Below are positions 43,386 through 55,269 of a DNA stretch of 64,000 nt, one piece after another. Each line of letters begins with the position of its first letter. The first letter of the stretch is position 1. Under the pieces are notes generated by a model. The model was given only the letters and a program-made list of their open reading frames with translations. It was not told where the DNA came from and ran no database searches. The translations under genes were made by a program, and so were the position numbers. The stretch is from Monocercomonoides exilis PA203 (lineage: Eukaryota > Protista > Preaxostyla), in NCBI GenBank assembly GCA_001643675.2, contig LSRY02000015.1, positions 682,001-746,000 of the forward strand, in the 5' to 3' direction.

Positions 43386-45772
43386 CTGTTCCCTTCAAAT
43401 CCTGATGAAATCAGAAACTCTGCATTTGTGTCTTTCACTTTCAGCCCAATCCCTCCTCCTCTTCCTTGAGCAGCCAAGGCATAACAGTTCTTCACAACAC
43501 CTCCATTCATCTTCAATGAACCAACATTCCCCACCTCAACCATCACACCCCCTCCAAACTCAGAGGCTTCACTCCCACAGCCATCAATCGTGCATCCATC
43601 AAAAGTTATTGAATGTGACCCTTCACCCACATTCATCAGCGATGATCCTGCTGTTGTCCTCACAATGTTGTTGAATGTGCAGTTATCCAGAGTCAACGAA
43701 ACTGAAGATCCTTGAGAAAGAGATATCACACTTGTGGTGCTGAATGTTTGTGACCATCTCACATCTTTCATCTTCAAACTTCCCCCTTCCATCTCCACAA
43801 GTGAGTTCTGAATGCTCCTCTCTTCTGAATGATCTGCATCCATCGAAATGTTCAATCTCTTCATATCCATCAACCCACTTCCCTGAACCTCAAATAATCT
43901 GCTTCTTCGGTTGTTTTCAAATGATGAATCGTGAATCACAGACAGATCGCTCACATTCAATTCCCCTGTTCCAACACAAAACAGACTCAGTCCATTTGAT
44001 TCAAATTGTGTTTCAATAGCTGAGCCAGCTGGCGAAACTCCATTCACAGAGATTGTTTTCTCACCAATATCAATTCCTTTGACTTCCACAACTGTTCCAC
44101 TCAGCACCTTGATTTCCTCCACAAATCCAGAAATCATTTGGGAAAGGCAATGGCTGATTGTGAGGCATGCACAGCTTTCATTCAATCCGCAGCTGTATGT
44201 ATCCTTTGCGTTTGTCTGATTTTGAGTTGAAGCAACAAATCTGCATTTCCCACCAGTATTTGGAAGCCACTCACTTTTATCTCCGCCTGCATAATATCGG
44301 ACTCCTTCTGTTCTTGTTGAATAGCACCAAACAAGTTGAGAATCAGTCGAGTTATCTGAAATATAAATATCATTTCCATATGGTGCTGTGTTATTATGGA
44401 AAAAGCAAAACCAAAGCAAACTTCCTCCAAAACTCAATACCCTCATAGCGACACCACCACCGTGATAATTTGAGCGGCAATCTTGAAATAAACAGTTTTT
44501 TGTAACAATTTTATCAATTGGATTCCAATTAATATAGGCCCCTCCGTCTGTGCTTCTGGGATCGTGCCCGCTGCAATTAATAAAAGAGCAATCCAAAACG
44601 CAATCTTTTGTTTTTGTAGCATTTGAACTCCAAATTCCAAGTCCACCTGCATCGTCTCCTGACCATCCATCTTTGAAAAAGCAATTTTCAAAAAATACTT
44701 GAATTGTCATTCCGGAAATTTCTGCTCCTGCACCTCCAAAATGGTTTGATGCAACGCAATAACACTCAATAAATGTGGAATGTCTCACTGTGCATTCGGC
44801 AATATTAAAGGCAAAAATACCTCCACCTCTTGTTGAAGTTGCATTGCACTTCACAAATGATGAATTCTCAACTGTTAATGTGGCATTTGAATTGTCATGC
44901 ACATACAGTGCACCACCACATGGAGCTGAGCATTCATTCCATTCAGCATTCTTATATGTCTGTGTTTGAGTTGTTGAATTTCTTTCTGTATTTCCCACTC
45001 TCCAATCCACTCTTTCGTTGTGGAGGAATGTGCAGTTGTTGCAGGAAAATGCAACGGATCCTTCTGTTCCACTCACAATCCCTCCCTCCAGCACATTCAT
45101 CGAACTTTCAACTTGGCAATCCTCAATTGAACTCATTTTCATCATTGGCACTTTCTCATTTGGCATTTCATCTTCCTTCATAAATTTCATTGTGATGTTT
45201 GAAAAAGCACAGTTTTTGATTCCTTCATATGACCCTTCTCCATTTCTCAAAATGCTTCCACTCCCACAAAACACAATGTTCTTCCACTCACTGTTTCTCA
45301 CAAGCAACGATGAATCTTCTCCTTCAATCTTCACAAGACTCTTCATCATCATATCGCAATTGTGATTTCTTCTTTCCGTGCTCAAAGTGGTGTTCATCAT
45401 TTCGCATGTTCCTTCATTGAAGACAAAATATCCATCGAAACCTCTTTTTCTCATCAACAAGCAGTCATCAAGACGCAGGAATGATTTTGCTCGAACATCA
45501 AATGCCACATCATCATCTGCTCCTTCAAACAATATTCCCTTGAATTCTACTGATGAGTTATGTATTTTGCAGAACAGTCGAACAAGACTTCCCTGCTCCA
45601 AAATATGACTTTCAGACTGAGCAGGAATATGATAAATGAGATGTTCATTCCTTTGTGCATCATTTAAATCTATGCCACTTATAGTGAAACACAAGCACTC
45701 AGTCAAAACCAAAAGAATCATTGTCATAAGGAAATAATGGGTCATAATAAACCATATTTTTATATAATTCAT
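38062..45772 (-). CDS. Giant membrane protein paralog 3, chimeric between paralogs 1 and 2; two 1-bp homopolymer frameshifts (~41365, ~40553) may be real or sequencing errors
   Basis: ORFs of 1476, 295 and 820 aa join into a full-length protein. The breaks are G6->G5 and A4->A3 relative to paralog 2. Confidence 0.8.
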
Positions 45773-47405
45773 AATAATTTTGAACTTGCATAAAAATAGA
45801 TTCTTTTAGCCTTTCTTCTATTTGAAAAACCGATCGTCATTTCAATTATTCTGTCTAGAAATAATTGTATCATTTTGTTATGAATGATTAATTTTTATTT
45901 TTTCATCACTCTTTTATTTCTTTGATTCTATTATATTCTGTATGAATGATGAATATCAGCATCTTGAGGTCATTTCCAACAGAATATTCTTCTTGGAGGA
46001 ACTTCCTATCAATGAAAAGAAGAATAATAATTCAAAAAGATATTTTCATGAGAAATATTTGAAGATTGAAATTGGAATAAAAAACGAACTATATTTTCAC
46101 AAACTTTGAATGTTCAAAGAGAGGTCTTTATTCGTTTGAGAAGTTCATTTGATTATCATCAATTATCCATCATTTCAAAACCGTCCTTGCTTCAAAAACT
46201 TCATTTCGAATTTCTTCTAAAGTTATATTTTCCTCTTTTCTCTCTTTCTTTTCTTTCATTCTTTCATTCGCTATTTCCGGGTCTTCACTATTTCTTCCCA
46301 ATTGTTTTGTCAATTTTGTTGCAATTGTCTTCACTTTTTTCCATATTTCTTTTGTCGCTCACATTTCATCTTCAAAGAATTCAATATTTCCAAAAATAAC
46401 TTCCGAATCATCAATGGCCTTCCTCCTCGGCTCAGCGCAAATCTTTCATTTTTATGTGTTTTCTTCTTCAATCCTCCTTCATGATTCTTTGTGTATGATT
46501 GTTTTGAAATAAACTGGAAAACATCTCATTCCGAGCTTTCGTTTCTTTTTTCGCAAAGCAGTCATCGCTCGTCGATGAATCTTTAAGAAAGTTTAAAAGA
46601 TTGGTCAACAGTATTGAATCAAATTCTTCATCATCTTTCCTAAAAGTCTTTTATCTTTCGATTCTTCATTTGATGACTTCAAAGCTTTTCATCAAAAACT
46701 ACAAAAAAATAAATTTATAAAGTTAAAAAGAAAATAATAAAAAAACCTTCAATTTTGTTGATGAGTCCATTGTTGCCAATGACAATTTTCTTTCCATTCT
46801 GTTTTTAAGTCAAAGGCATCGTTTGTCATTGCATTCCCCCTTTCCCCAAGCGAATAAAGGTCATAGAAGAAAGTCACCATTAAAAAGGCACTTGAGTCAG
46901 AAAATTAATCTATTTCATCTTCAAAGCGCTTTGTGTCTTTCTCAACAAACGTTTTTTGTTCAAAAAACTCTTTTAACAGAACTGCTTATATTTCAGATAA
47001 AAATTGAATATTGTCTTGAAAACAAAAAGGAATATTAAATTCAAAACAAATAAAGACTTTAAAGTCTTTCATGCCTCAAAATCATCCATTTCCTGCAAAC
47101 AAAATATATCTAGTGGGAACAAAATAAAACCCTTTTGCATTCAAAAAAGAGCATGAATAAAATATTGTATTGCTTTTTAGTTGCATTTGAGCGTTCATAT
47201 GAGTCATAAGACCGGAAAAAACAGAAAATACAAAATGCAGGAAAAGAAGTTTTATTATGGTCCAGTATGTTTTTTTTTTTTTTATATTTCAAATTTCAGA
47301 GAAACATCAATAAAAATATTGATAAAAATGTGTTAGTTGAAAAGAATTATTGGCATATTCACAGAGAACGGGGCAGCTTTGATCTGACCCAGTATTTTTT
47401 TATTT

Positions 47406-47566
47406 TTAGGGTTAAAATTCCAAAATAATCACTGTATTAATTGATTGGTTTAGGTTTTAGGGTTAGCGTAACAGATCTTGGGTTTAGGGTTATGTTCCCG
47501 CTCTTCTTTTTAGGGTTAGCACTCGAAAAAACTTGATCTTTTTTGGATTTTTTGGGTTAGGGTTAA
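47406..47566 (+). repeat. Five dispersed telomere-like TTAGGGTT motifs inside the MITE
   Basis: TTAGGGTT at ~47406, 47457, 47484, 47510 and 47557 (GGGTTAGGGTTAA), all on the same strand. Confidence 0.8.
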
Positions 47567-47603
47567 GCCAGGTTTAAGTTGAGTCATAAGAAAGCAAAGC
47601 TGG

Positions 47604-47700
47604 GCTTTGGCTCGAGTAGCGCAAGCGGTAGCTACCTCGACCATTGATATTCCGTTGGTCAAAGGTCGGGGGTTCGACTCCTGCCAAAGCTCTTTTTTTT
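47604..47700 (+). ncRNA. tRNA-like Pol III transcription unit (non-canonical cloverleaf)
   Basis: A-box TAGCGCAAGCGG (47617-47628), B-box GGTTCGACTCC (47671-47681), closing stem GCTTTGGC/GCCAAAGC, and a T8 terminator at 47693-47700. Confidence 0.7.
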
Positions 47701-47995
47701 CTGTGTTTTTTATTATTTTTTTCAATGAAATTTTTTTGCCCCGTTCTCTGTGAATATACCGAATTATTTTTATTATTATTATTGAATCTTCCTTTTTAAA
47801 AAAAAAGTTTTTTAAAGGCAACCACTTTGCTGTTTGTCAACAAGGGATGAAGAAAAATAAAAAATAAAAGTCAAAATGTTTCGAAAATAGTTCAATTTCG
47901 AAAAATGGATAACTCTATTTTAATGTCACTCTAATCTTTTCATCTTCCTTCTCTAAATTCACAAGATAAGCATCAACAGTGGAGAGTCAATAATC

Positions 47996-49363
47996 TCAAT
48001 CTCCTTTGCAAAGAAAAGATGGAAATTCCTGAAAACTGATGATGATATCTTCATATCCCTCATTCTTTTTTTCAAACACTCTCCTCTTCAGCTCTTTTCT
48101 TTTCGCTTCTTCCAATTCATCCTCCTCTTCTTCTTTCAATTTCATTGAAGAATTCATAAAGAACAGAAAGTAACCAAGTGTCACATTGTTATTTAATGTT
48201 TGTTGTTGAATCTCCTCCAAAATGAAGTCAATAGCCCCTGCGCTTAGCAACGAGCAAACACTCACAGTTCGCAGAGGAGCCATCATTTGAAAAAGTACTA
48301 TGCATTTCCAGTGTAGCTCTCTTTCATTTCCTCTTGTGGCTTTGCACAGATTGACAAGACAACGAATTAATTCTTCATTTTCGTCATTCAACTGTTGGAT
48401 GAACCAAAAATAGGAACTCAGTGTTTGAATCCATTTTGTTGTAATCTGCACTTCTTTTATTTCTTTCAATTTGAAGTTCAATTTCTTCAAATCCACACTT
48501 CTTGTCAGTTCTTCCAATTCTCTTTTCGCCTCTCTCACAAAATGCAACTCGTTTACAACCACTCCTTCCAAACATTTATTGGTGGACAATTGGTTTATCA
48601 TTAATTGCCAGACAGACTGATATGCAAGTTGTGTCAGATTGAAATGTTTTTGATGATATTCTATGATTTCTTTGATTTTTTCCATGATAAATTCTTGTGT
48701 CATTCCCTTCCAAAAAAATAACAAATATATCGATAAATGAAGCAAAAATAAAATCATTAAATAACATAACGAATTATTCAAACTTCCCAATGTTCAATGT
48801 TGTTCAACGCGAGCAAAGACATTTCCACTTCGTTTCGTGCATCTCCGTTTTCATCTTTGTTTGCAGCCGCTTTCAGAAGGCAAGACACACACACAAGAAG
48901 CAATTTCGATGAAGCTCCGCTTTTCAGAAAAAGACAGCATTCGCAAAGATCAATCAAGATCTTATCATTCTTTTTTTCATTTTTCTTCTCTTCCTCAATA
49001 ATCATCCAAACAATTCTGTTGCCCAACGAGGATTGATCAAATTCGAAACCTGATATGTTTTTAATCGCTTTATAATATCCCATGTTCTTCAAAAATGTTA
49101 TAGCGTTTTCTGCAGACAGTTTCTTTTCTTCAATCATTTGTCCTTTTTTATTGAACAACTCTTTTGAAAATGTTGATTCAAATTCTTTTTCATCCATTTC
49201 CTCCATCAAATCGTTCATTTTCATGATTTTTTCTTTCAATTCATCTTTTGTGCAATGATCCAGTTCATGGAGCAATTCTTTTGGAATTGCAAATAATAAA
49301 TGTTGAGCATTCTTTGAAACAATCAAAATTTCTCAAACGATTTATTTTTTCTTTTGTAGACAT
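47996..49363 (-). CDS. Lineage-specific alpha-helical (ARM-like) multigene-family protein, 2 predicted introns
   Basis: ATG at 49363 (MSTKEKIN). Two GTTTGA...AAG introns join the 182- and 264-aa ORFs in frame. Motifs LIDLCECCLFL, CVSCLLKAA, EVEMSLLAL and EGYEDIIISF. Confidence 0.65.
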
Positions 49364-49409
49364 CTTTCGATTTCCACAAGCAGGTTTATCACTATCATTC
49401 GCTTTCATA

Positions 49410-50341
49410 CACCAAAAATAATTCAAATTCGAAAAAGAATAATTCAATTTCGTAATTAATAATTCGAAATCGAAAATTAATAATTCGAATTCGAAATTAA
49501 TATTTCAATTTCGAAAAAAAATAATTCGATTTCGGAATTAATAATTCAAAATCGAAAAAAAATAATTCAATTTCGTAATTTATTAATTCATTTTCGAAAA
49601 AAAATAATTCGAATTCGAAAAAAAATAATTCGATTTCGAAATTCATTATTAACTGAAATTTTTAATTTTTCTCGAGAATGGATTTCAGAAAAGTTCAAGT
49701 TATTTTTTAATTAATCAAATTTTATTTCTCATAGAAAACTGTTTTTTTTATTGCAACAATCAATAAATCAATTTTTTTAAATTTTTTTTTTCATTTTCGA
49801 AAATCATCACTCAAATATTAATAATTTTAAAAAAATTCATTCTATTGAATAACCAAATAAAAATTTAAAAAAAATTTAATCACGATAATTGAATTATTTC
49901 TTCACAATAATGTGATTGTTTCATTGGCAAAATTCTGAATAATATCGGTTTTAAACATGAAAATGTATTTCTTTCCTTTTCAAATTAACTTTAAAATTAA
50001 TAAATTTCAATCAAAATGAATGAAATATGTTGAATGAAAATGCGTCATTTTTCAAATGTTGATAAACAAAATTTGCTGATGAGATAAAAATTTAAAGAGT
50101 TTAAAACCCCAAACACAAGTTATTCATTCCACAAATCAAAAAAATTCACGTTTCGAAATTGAATTATTCTTTTTCGAAATCGAATTAATAAATTACGAAA
50201 TTGAATTATTAATTTTCGATTTTGAATTATTAATTCCGAATTTGAATTATAAATTTTCGATTTCGAATTATTAATTACGAAATTGAATTATTCTTTTTCG
50301 AATTTGAATTATTTTTTTTCGAATTAGAATTATTTTTGGTG
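49410..50341. mobile_element. Non-autonomous TIR element (CACC...GGTG) with tandem ~21-bp subterminal repeats, TA flanks; copy 1
   Basis: TA|CACCAAAAATAATTC ... GAATTATTTTTGGTG|TA. Arrays of AATTCRAWTTCGAAA in opposite orientation at each end. Core shared with 52932-53591. Confidence 0.85.
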
Positions 50342-50628
50342 TAATACTTATATTGATAAAACAATATTTATTCAAAATTGTTATTCGCCTGACAAAACAA
50401 AAGATATCCAAAACATCGTTGGTTCAAAATCAAAATAAAAATATTTCAATTCAAACTCACGTTGTTTTTGCTTTTGGAAAAGGTGTACCAAAGAAGAATT
50501 TTTAATGAATCGATTTCTCCTGTTTTATGAAAGATCATATATGTTATTTTTATTATGAATTTTTCGGTAATTGCACAATTCACGACCGGCTTGGATATTT
50601 CATGAAAAGGTTAATTATGATATAACAT

Positions 50629-50630
<2 letters not shown>

Positions 50631-50706
<76 letters not shown>
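50631..50706. repeat. (AC)38 microsatellite
   Basis: Perfect dinucleotide run. Confidence 0.95.
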
Positions 50707-50708
<2 letters not shown>

Positions 50709-50827
50709 TTTAAAACGTGAAAATTAATGTTGAAACTCACAAAAAAAAATAAAATTGAAATCATCATATGCAAATATGTCTAGAAGGAACGATCAAATTT
50801 TTTGATCAACACATTTTCAAAATAATT

Positions 50828-51838
50828 GGGTCAACTTTTTAATGGGACTTTTTCCCTTATTGGCACTTTTTTTGTTTTTGACTGCCAACTTTCAACAAAC
50901 GTTGATTGGCTTTCAGTACTTCAAAAAACCTTTTTTTACAAGTTTAACACAATTTATTTACAGTTTGTTTTTTAATTTTTGCTTATTACACATTGAGAAA
51001 TTACGTTTTTTTGTTAAATTTGAAAGGACTTTTACCAGCCAACTAGGCAACGTCCAAGAAATTGGATACATGTTTCAAATAGCAATTACTATTATCTAAC
51101 TACTTTTAAATTCTTTTTTTTCATAAACACTTTTTTCTTGTTTTTTTCACATTTCATTTTTTTAACAACATTCTAACATAAAACCGATTATTTCTTTGTT
51201 AATATAATGAAATGATAAAAATAAAAATTTGATATGATAAACAAATAGTCTAATAATAAAGTATTGGAAAAATGAAACATTAATTTTTTCTATTTGTCAA
51301 GAACTTATCTTTTTTTACAAAAATTTGATCATCGATTATTTTAAGAAAGCTCCATTTGTCCGTTTTAGTTAAATAGAAAAAATAAATGTTTCATTTTAAC
51401 AACACTTCATTATTAGGGTATATGTTTTTCATATCACATTTTTATTTTTATCATTTCATTATATTCACAAAGAAATAATCGGTTTTATGTTAGAATGTTG
51501 TTAAAAAAATGAAATGTGAAAAAAACAAGAAAAAAGTGTTTATGAAAAAAAAGAATTTAAAAGTAGTTAGATAATAGTAATTGCTATTTGAAACATGTAT
51601 CCAATTTCTTGGACGTTGCCTAGTTGGCTGGTAAAAGTCCTTTCAAATTTAACAAAAAAACGTAATTTCTCAATGTGTAATAAGCAAAAATTAAAAAACA
51701 AACTGTAAATAAATTGTGTTAAACTTGTAAAAAAAGGTTTTTTGAAGTACTGAAAGCCAATCAACGTTTGTTGAAAGTTGGCAGTCAAAAACAAAAAAAG
51801 TGCCAATAAGGGAAAAAGTCCCATTAAAAAGTTGACCC
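50828..51838. mobile_element. 1011-bp foldback element (~370-bp perfect, ~470-bp imperfect arms)
   Basis: GGGTCAAC...GTTGACCC termini. Mirror ORFs 50842-51099 and 51567-51851. TAATT flanks both sides (possible TSD). Confidence 0.88.
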
Positions 51839-51864
51839 TAATTGTTTTCAAAAAAAAATTGGAA

Positions 51865-52730
51865 GATCATGAAATGAAAATACATCATCTGAACAAGATG
51901 TCCCACAGCACTGATGATACATGGGATTGGTTTCAAAGGGATGTTTTGGATGGAAGATTCAAACAGTGCACGCAATGAAGAATAGAAATGTCTTTATATA
52001 AAAAAATCCTATCTCAAGACAATGAAGATGCTACCGATGTGACAGAATTATTTGTTTGCTTTCAGGTTTATCCATTGAAAATCAAAAAGTGGGATTAAAC
52101 AAAATCATGCATATTCTGTTATTCAAATGAATAAAATTTTCAATTACACAAACTTTTCTTCTTCTTGGAATTCACAGAAACTCTGTTTGTTTTTGTCATT
52201 TTTTGGCTGCAGCTTCCGTGTCCAAAATTGCAGTTAATTCCTTTGAACCTCTTAGTGGTCTGAATTCATTCGTGGAAATTGACGATGTAATTTTGCACAT
52301 AAGGAAATTTCACAAAGGACGTTTGGAAAAGCAAATTTAGTTGTTTGGAGCAGTTCAAAGAAATCCTGAAGGAAAACAAGGAAAACTTTTCATTATTCGT
52401 GTTCGAAACAGGAAAAATTACACATTAATACCTATCATCAAATCCAATAGTTTGCCTGGAACGAAAAATAATAGCGATGAATGGAAAGCTTATGTATCTC
52501 TGGAAGAGATAGGGGATACACATAAAACTGTTTGTCACAAGTATCACTTTCGTGATTCAGAAAGCGAAATTATGATGAATATGATTGAAGGCATTTGGAG
52601 TCAGTTTCGCTGGGATATGCCAAAAAATGGTATTAGAGAAAAATTTTTAGACGATTATATGCACTCATTTGTTTTTTGCAAGACAAGAGAGCTATCATTT
52701 GTGGAAACAATCAAAGCCATTTGCAGATAG
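51865..52730 (+). pseudogene. Merlin / IS1595(ISXO2)-like DDE transposase, degenerate
   Basis: RCYRC Zn-ribbon remnant; SGLNSFVEIDD...RKFHKGR...*LFGAVQR; TLIPIIK...PGT..SDEWKAY..L; HKTVCHKYHF.D; N.IEGIWSQF. In-frame stops are present. Confidence 0.85.
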
Positions 52731-52931
52731 AAGCCATAAGAATTTGTTGAAGAAGAGAAGGAAGACAATGAAGAAGATGATGATGAAGAAAACGTTCCTG
52801 AAATGGAAACTGAAGATGAAACAACTCATAATGATTCTTTGGAAGTTAGTGACGGGGCTGAACATTCTGAATATGAGCCAGAATAAATTCAAAACAATTT
52901 CTTTTGCTCATCATTGTTTATTCGCATCATA

Positions 52932-53591
52932 CACCAAAAATAATTCAAATTCGAAAAAGAATAATTCGATTTCGGAATTAATATTTCGATTTCGGAAATA
53001 AATAATTCAAATTCGAAAATGTTTATTTCAATTTCGAAATTCATTGAAAACAGAAATTTTTTATTTTTCTCGAAAATGGATTTCAAAAAAGTTCAAGTTA
53101 TTTTTTTAACCAGTCAAATATTATTACTCATTGAAAACTGTTTTTTTTATCGCAACAATCAATAAATCAATTTTTTAAAAATTATTTTTCATTTTCGAAA
53201 ATCATCACTCACAAAATAATAATTTTATAAAAATTCATTCTATTGAATAACCAAATAAAAATTTAAAAAATCCAATCACGATTATTGAATTATTTCTTCA
53301 CAATAATGTGATTGTTTCATTGGCAAAATTTTGAATAATATCGGTTTTAAACATGAAAATGTATTTATTTCTTATTCAAAATAAGTTCAATCAATAAATC
53401 TTCATTCAAAATGAAAGGAAATTTTTTAATGAAAATGCATCATTTTTCAAATATTGCTAAACAAAATTTGCTGATGAGATAAAAATTTAAAGAATTTAAA
53501 ACCCCAAACACTAGTTATTCATTCCACAAATCAAAATAATTAACGTTTCGAAATTGAATTATTCTTTTTCGAATTCGAATTATTTTTGGTG
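52932..53591. mobile_element. CACC...GGTG TIR element, copy 2 (660 bp, fewer subterminal repeats)
   Basis: Same termini and core as 49410-50341, in direct orientation. Left flank TA, right flank TT. Confidence 0.85.
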
Positions 53592-54616
53592 TTCCTTACA
53601 TAATAAATACTGAAAAAATAAAATTTATATCTTTTTCTTTAGGTAAATGGGATTTTGATCATTTTTTTGTAATTAAAAATCTTCACATTTCCGCAAGGAA
53701 TCAATAAGAATATTGCACGAGAATGATATAATGTTTCATGTATTTGCTATATTTAACAGAATTTCAAACGGTCGTATATTGTGTAATAACCAATTTTTCT
53801 TGTAATGTTTTCATTATCACAGAATATTTTTGATTATTAATCGAGAAATGTTGCTAACTTCTTTTCAACAGATTGTTGTTTTCAACTCAAGGAATGGGTC
53901 AGTTTTTAATTTCAAAAATTATCAGAATAGGAGATTTCAGATTTTTGAGTGAATAAACGTTACTATTTTGGTGATTTTTTATGAAAATATGAATTTTTTC
54001 GGGGGGTTGAATTATTTATTATCTTCTGCAAACAGTTAGATAATAATCATCTCCAAATTTTCTGAATTGAAACGATTGCAAAAGTGGATGTTTTTGTTGC
54101 ATACAAAACAATTTTTTTGAAGATAGCATTTTCACTTTTCAATGCTCATTATCAAAAATGCAATTCAAATATTCAAACAGAATATAGTGACAGAAAAAAT
54201 ATGATTTCATAAATAATCACCCAAATGCACCAAAAATAATTCAAAAGGAGGTTTTTGTAATCAAATTGACAGTTTGAAAGTTCGAAAAAAAAAAGAATTC
54301 AATCGAAATAAAAAATTTTGCATTCGAAATGAAAATATCTTATGTTTTAATAGAAATAAAATATATTCGAAATTTTAGAATTTTCAGGAAAAATAATTTT
54401 TTCCTGAAAAAATTTCTCACGCATATGATAATAATAACAACACAAAATAATTACCGATTCAAAAGTCTAATGAATGATTTTTTTATAAAATTTCGTGAGA
54501 ATGTGAATTAATTTTTGTTCAGTTTCAAACAATTACAAATTCAAATGCAAAAAAATCTATTTCGACAGTCAAATTTATTTATTTGTTTGCATAATATCCA
54601 TTTTGAATGAAATTGT

Positions 54617-54618
<2 letters not shown>

Positions 54619-54650
<32 letters not shown>
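54619..54650. repeat. Poly(T) tract
   Basis: 32 consecutive T. Confidence 0.9.
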
Positions 54651-54652
<2 letters not shown>

Positions 54653-55269
54653 ATTAATTCTCATTTTGAATAATTATTGGCATATAAAAACTTGAGAATG
54701 TTTGATATTGAACGAAAAGACCTTCAACATTTTTTAAATTAATCATTGTTTTTTTCACAAATGAAAGTGATTTGTCCCATGTTCTGAAATTATCTGAAAT
54801 CAAGAAAACATTTGAAAAAATTTGAAAAAGATAATTAATGGAGTGTGAAAACTATTTATGTTCCTTTTTTGAAGGAAAATACAGACATTCAAGCCTTTTT
54901 GACACAATGCATAATATTATTGTTTCTCCCATATCTTTTTTATCCAGTTCATGTTTCAAAATAAATCTGAATTTCATATCCGAAAACGAACAACAATGAT
55001 ATAATAACATAAATTTTACAACATCAACCAACAGTCCAAAAATTATCCGATTTTATTCATTTTTAAGATCACAAATAGATAATCAAAAACACATAATTTT
55101 TATTTAAGAATTCCTGAAGTTAAATGTTTTGTCCAATGTCAAACTTATTTTCATGAGATAAGTGAATGAATAATAACTCCTGATGATACGTTTTTTCTTC
55201 CAAAAAAATATCAGTTTTTATGAACCATTCGATATTGAAAAGCGTATTAAAGCCATGGAATGATAATTA

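Larger units (their letters stand above)
47352..47760. mobile_element. 409-bp MITE with 24-bp TIRs and 8-bp TSD (GAATTATT)
   Basis: GGCATATTCACAGAGAACGGGGCA ... TGCCCCGTTCTCTGTGAATATACC (1 mismatch). GAATTATT at 47344-47351 and 47761-47768. Absent from the paralogous site near 9780. Confidence 0.92.

Noticed and set aside
47406-47566. Chromosome end or telomerase RNA template
   Set aside because: The motifs are dispersed, internal to a MITE, and antisense to and upstream of the Pol III unit. There is no tandem telomeric array.
47604-47691. Canonical tRNA-Met or tRNA-Sec
   Set aside because: Although CAT and TCA triplets occur, neither lies in a 7-nt anticodon loop, and arm lengths do not fit either cloverleaf.
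49410-49650. Regular ~21-bp repeats as a CRISPR array
   Set aside because: No unique spacers, the repeats are degenerate and mirrored at the element's other end, the context is eukaryotic and there are no cas genes.
52330-52345. TAA/TAG reassigned to Gln as in some metamonads
   Set aside because: The TAG aligns with a conserved Trp. The >2,500-codon ORFs contain no in-frame TAR and genes end in TAA, so the code looks standard.
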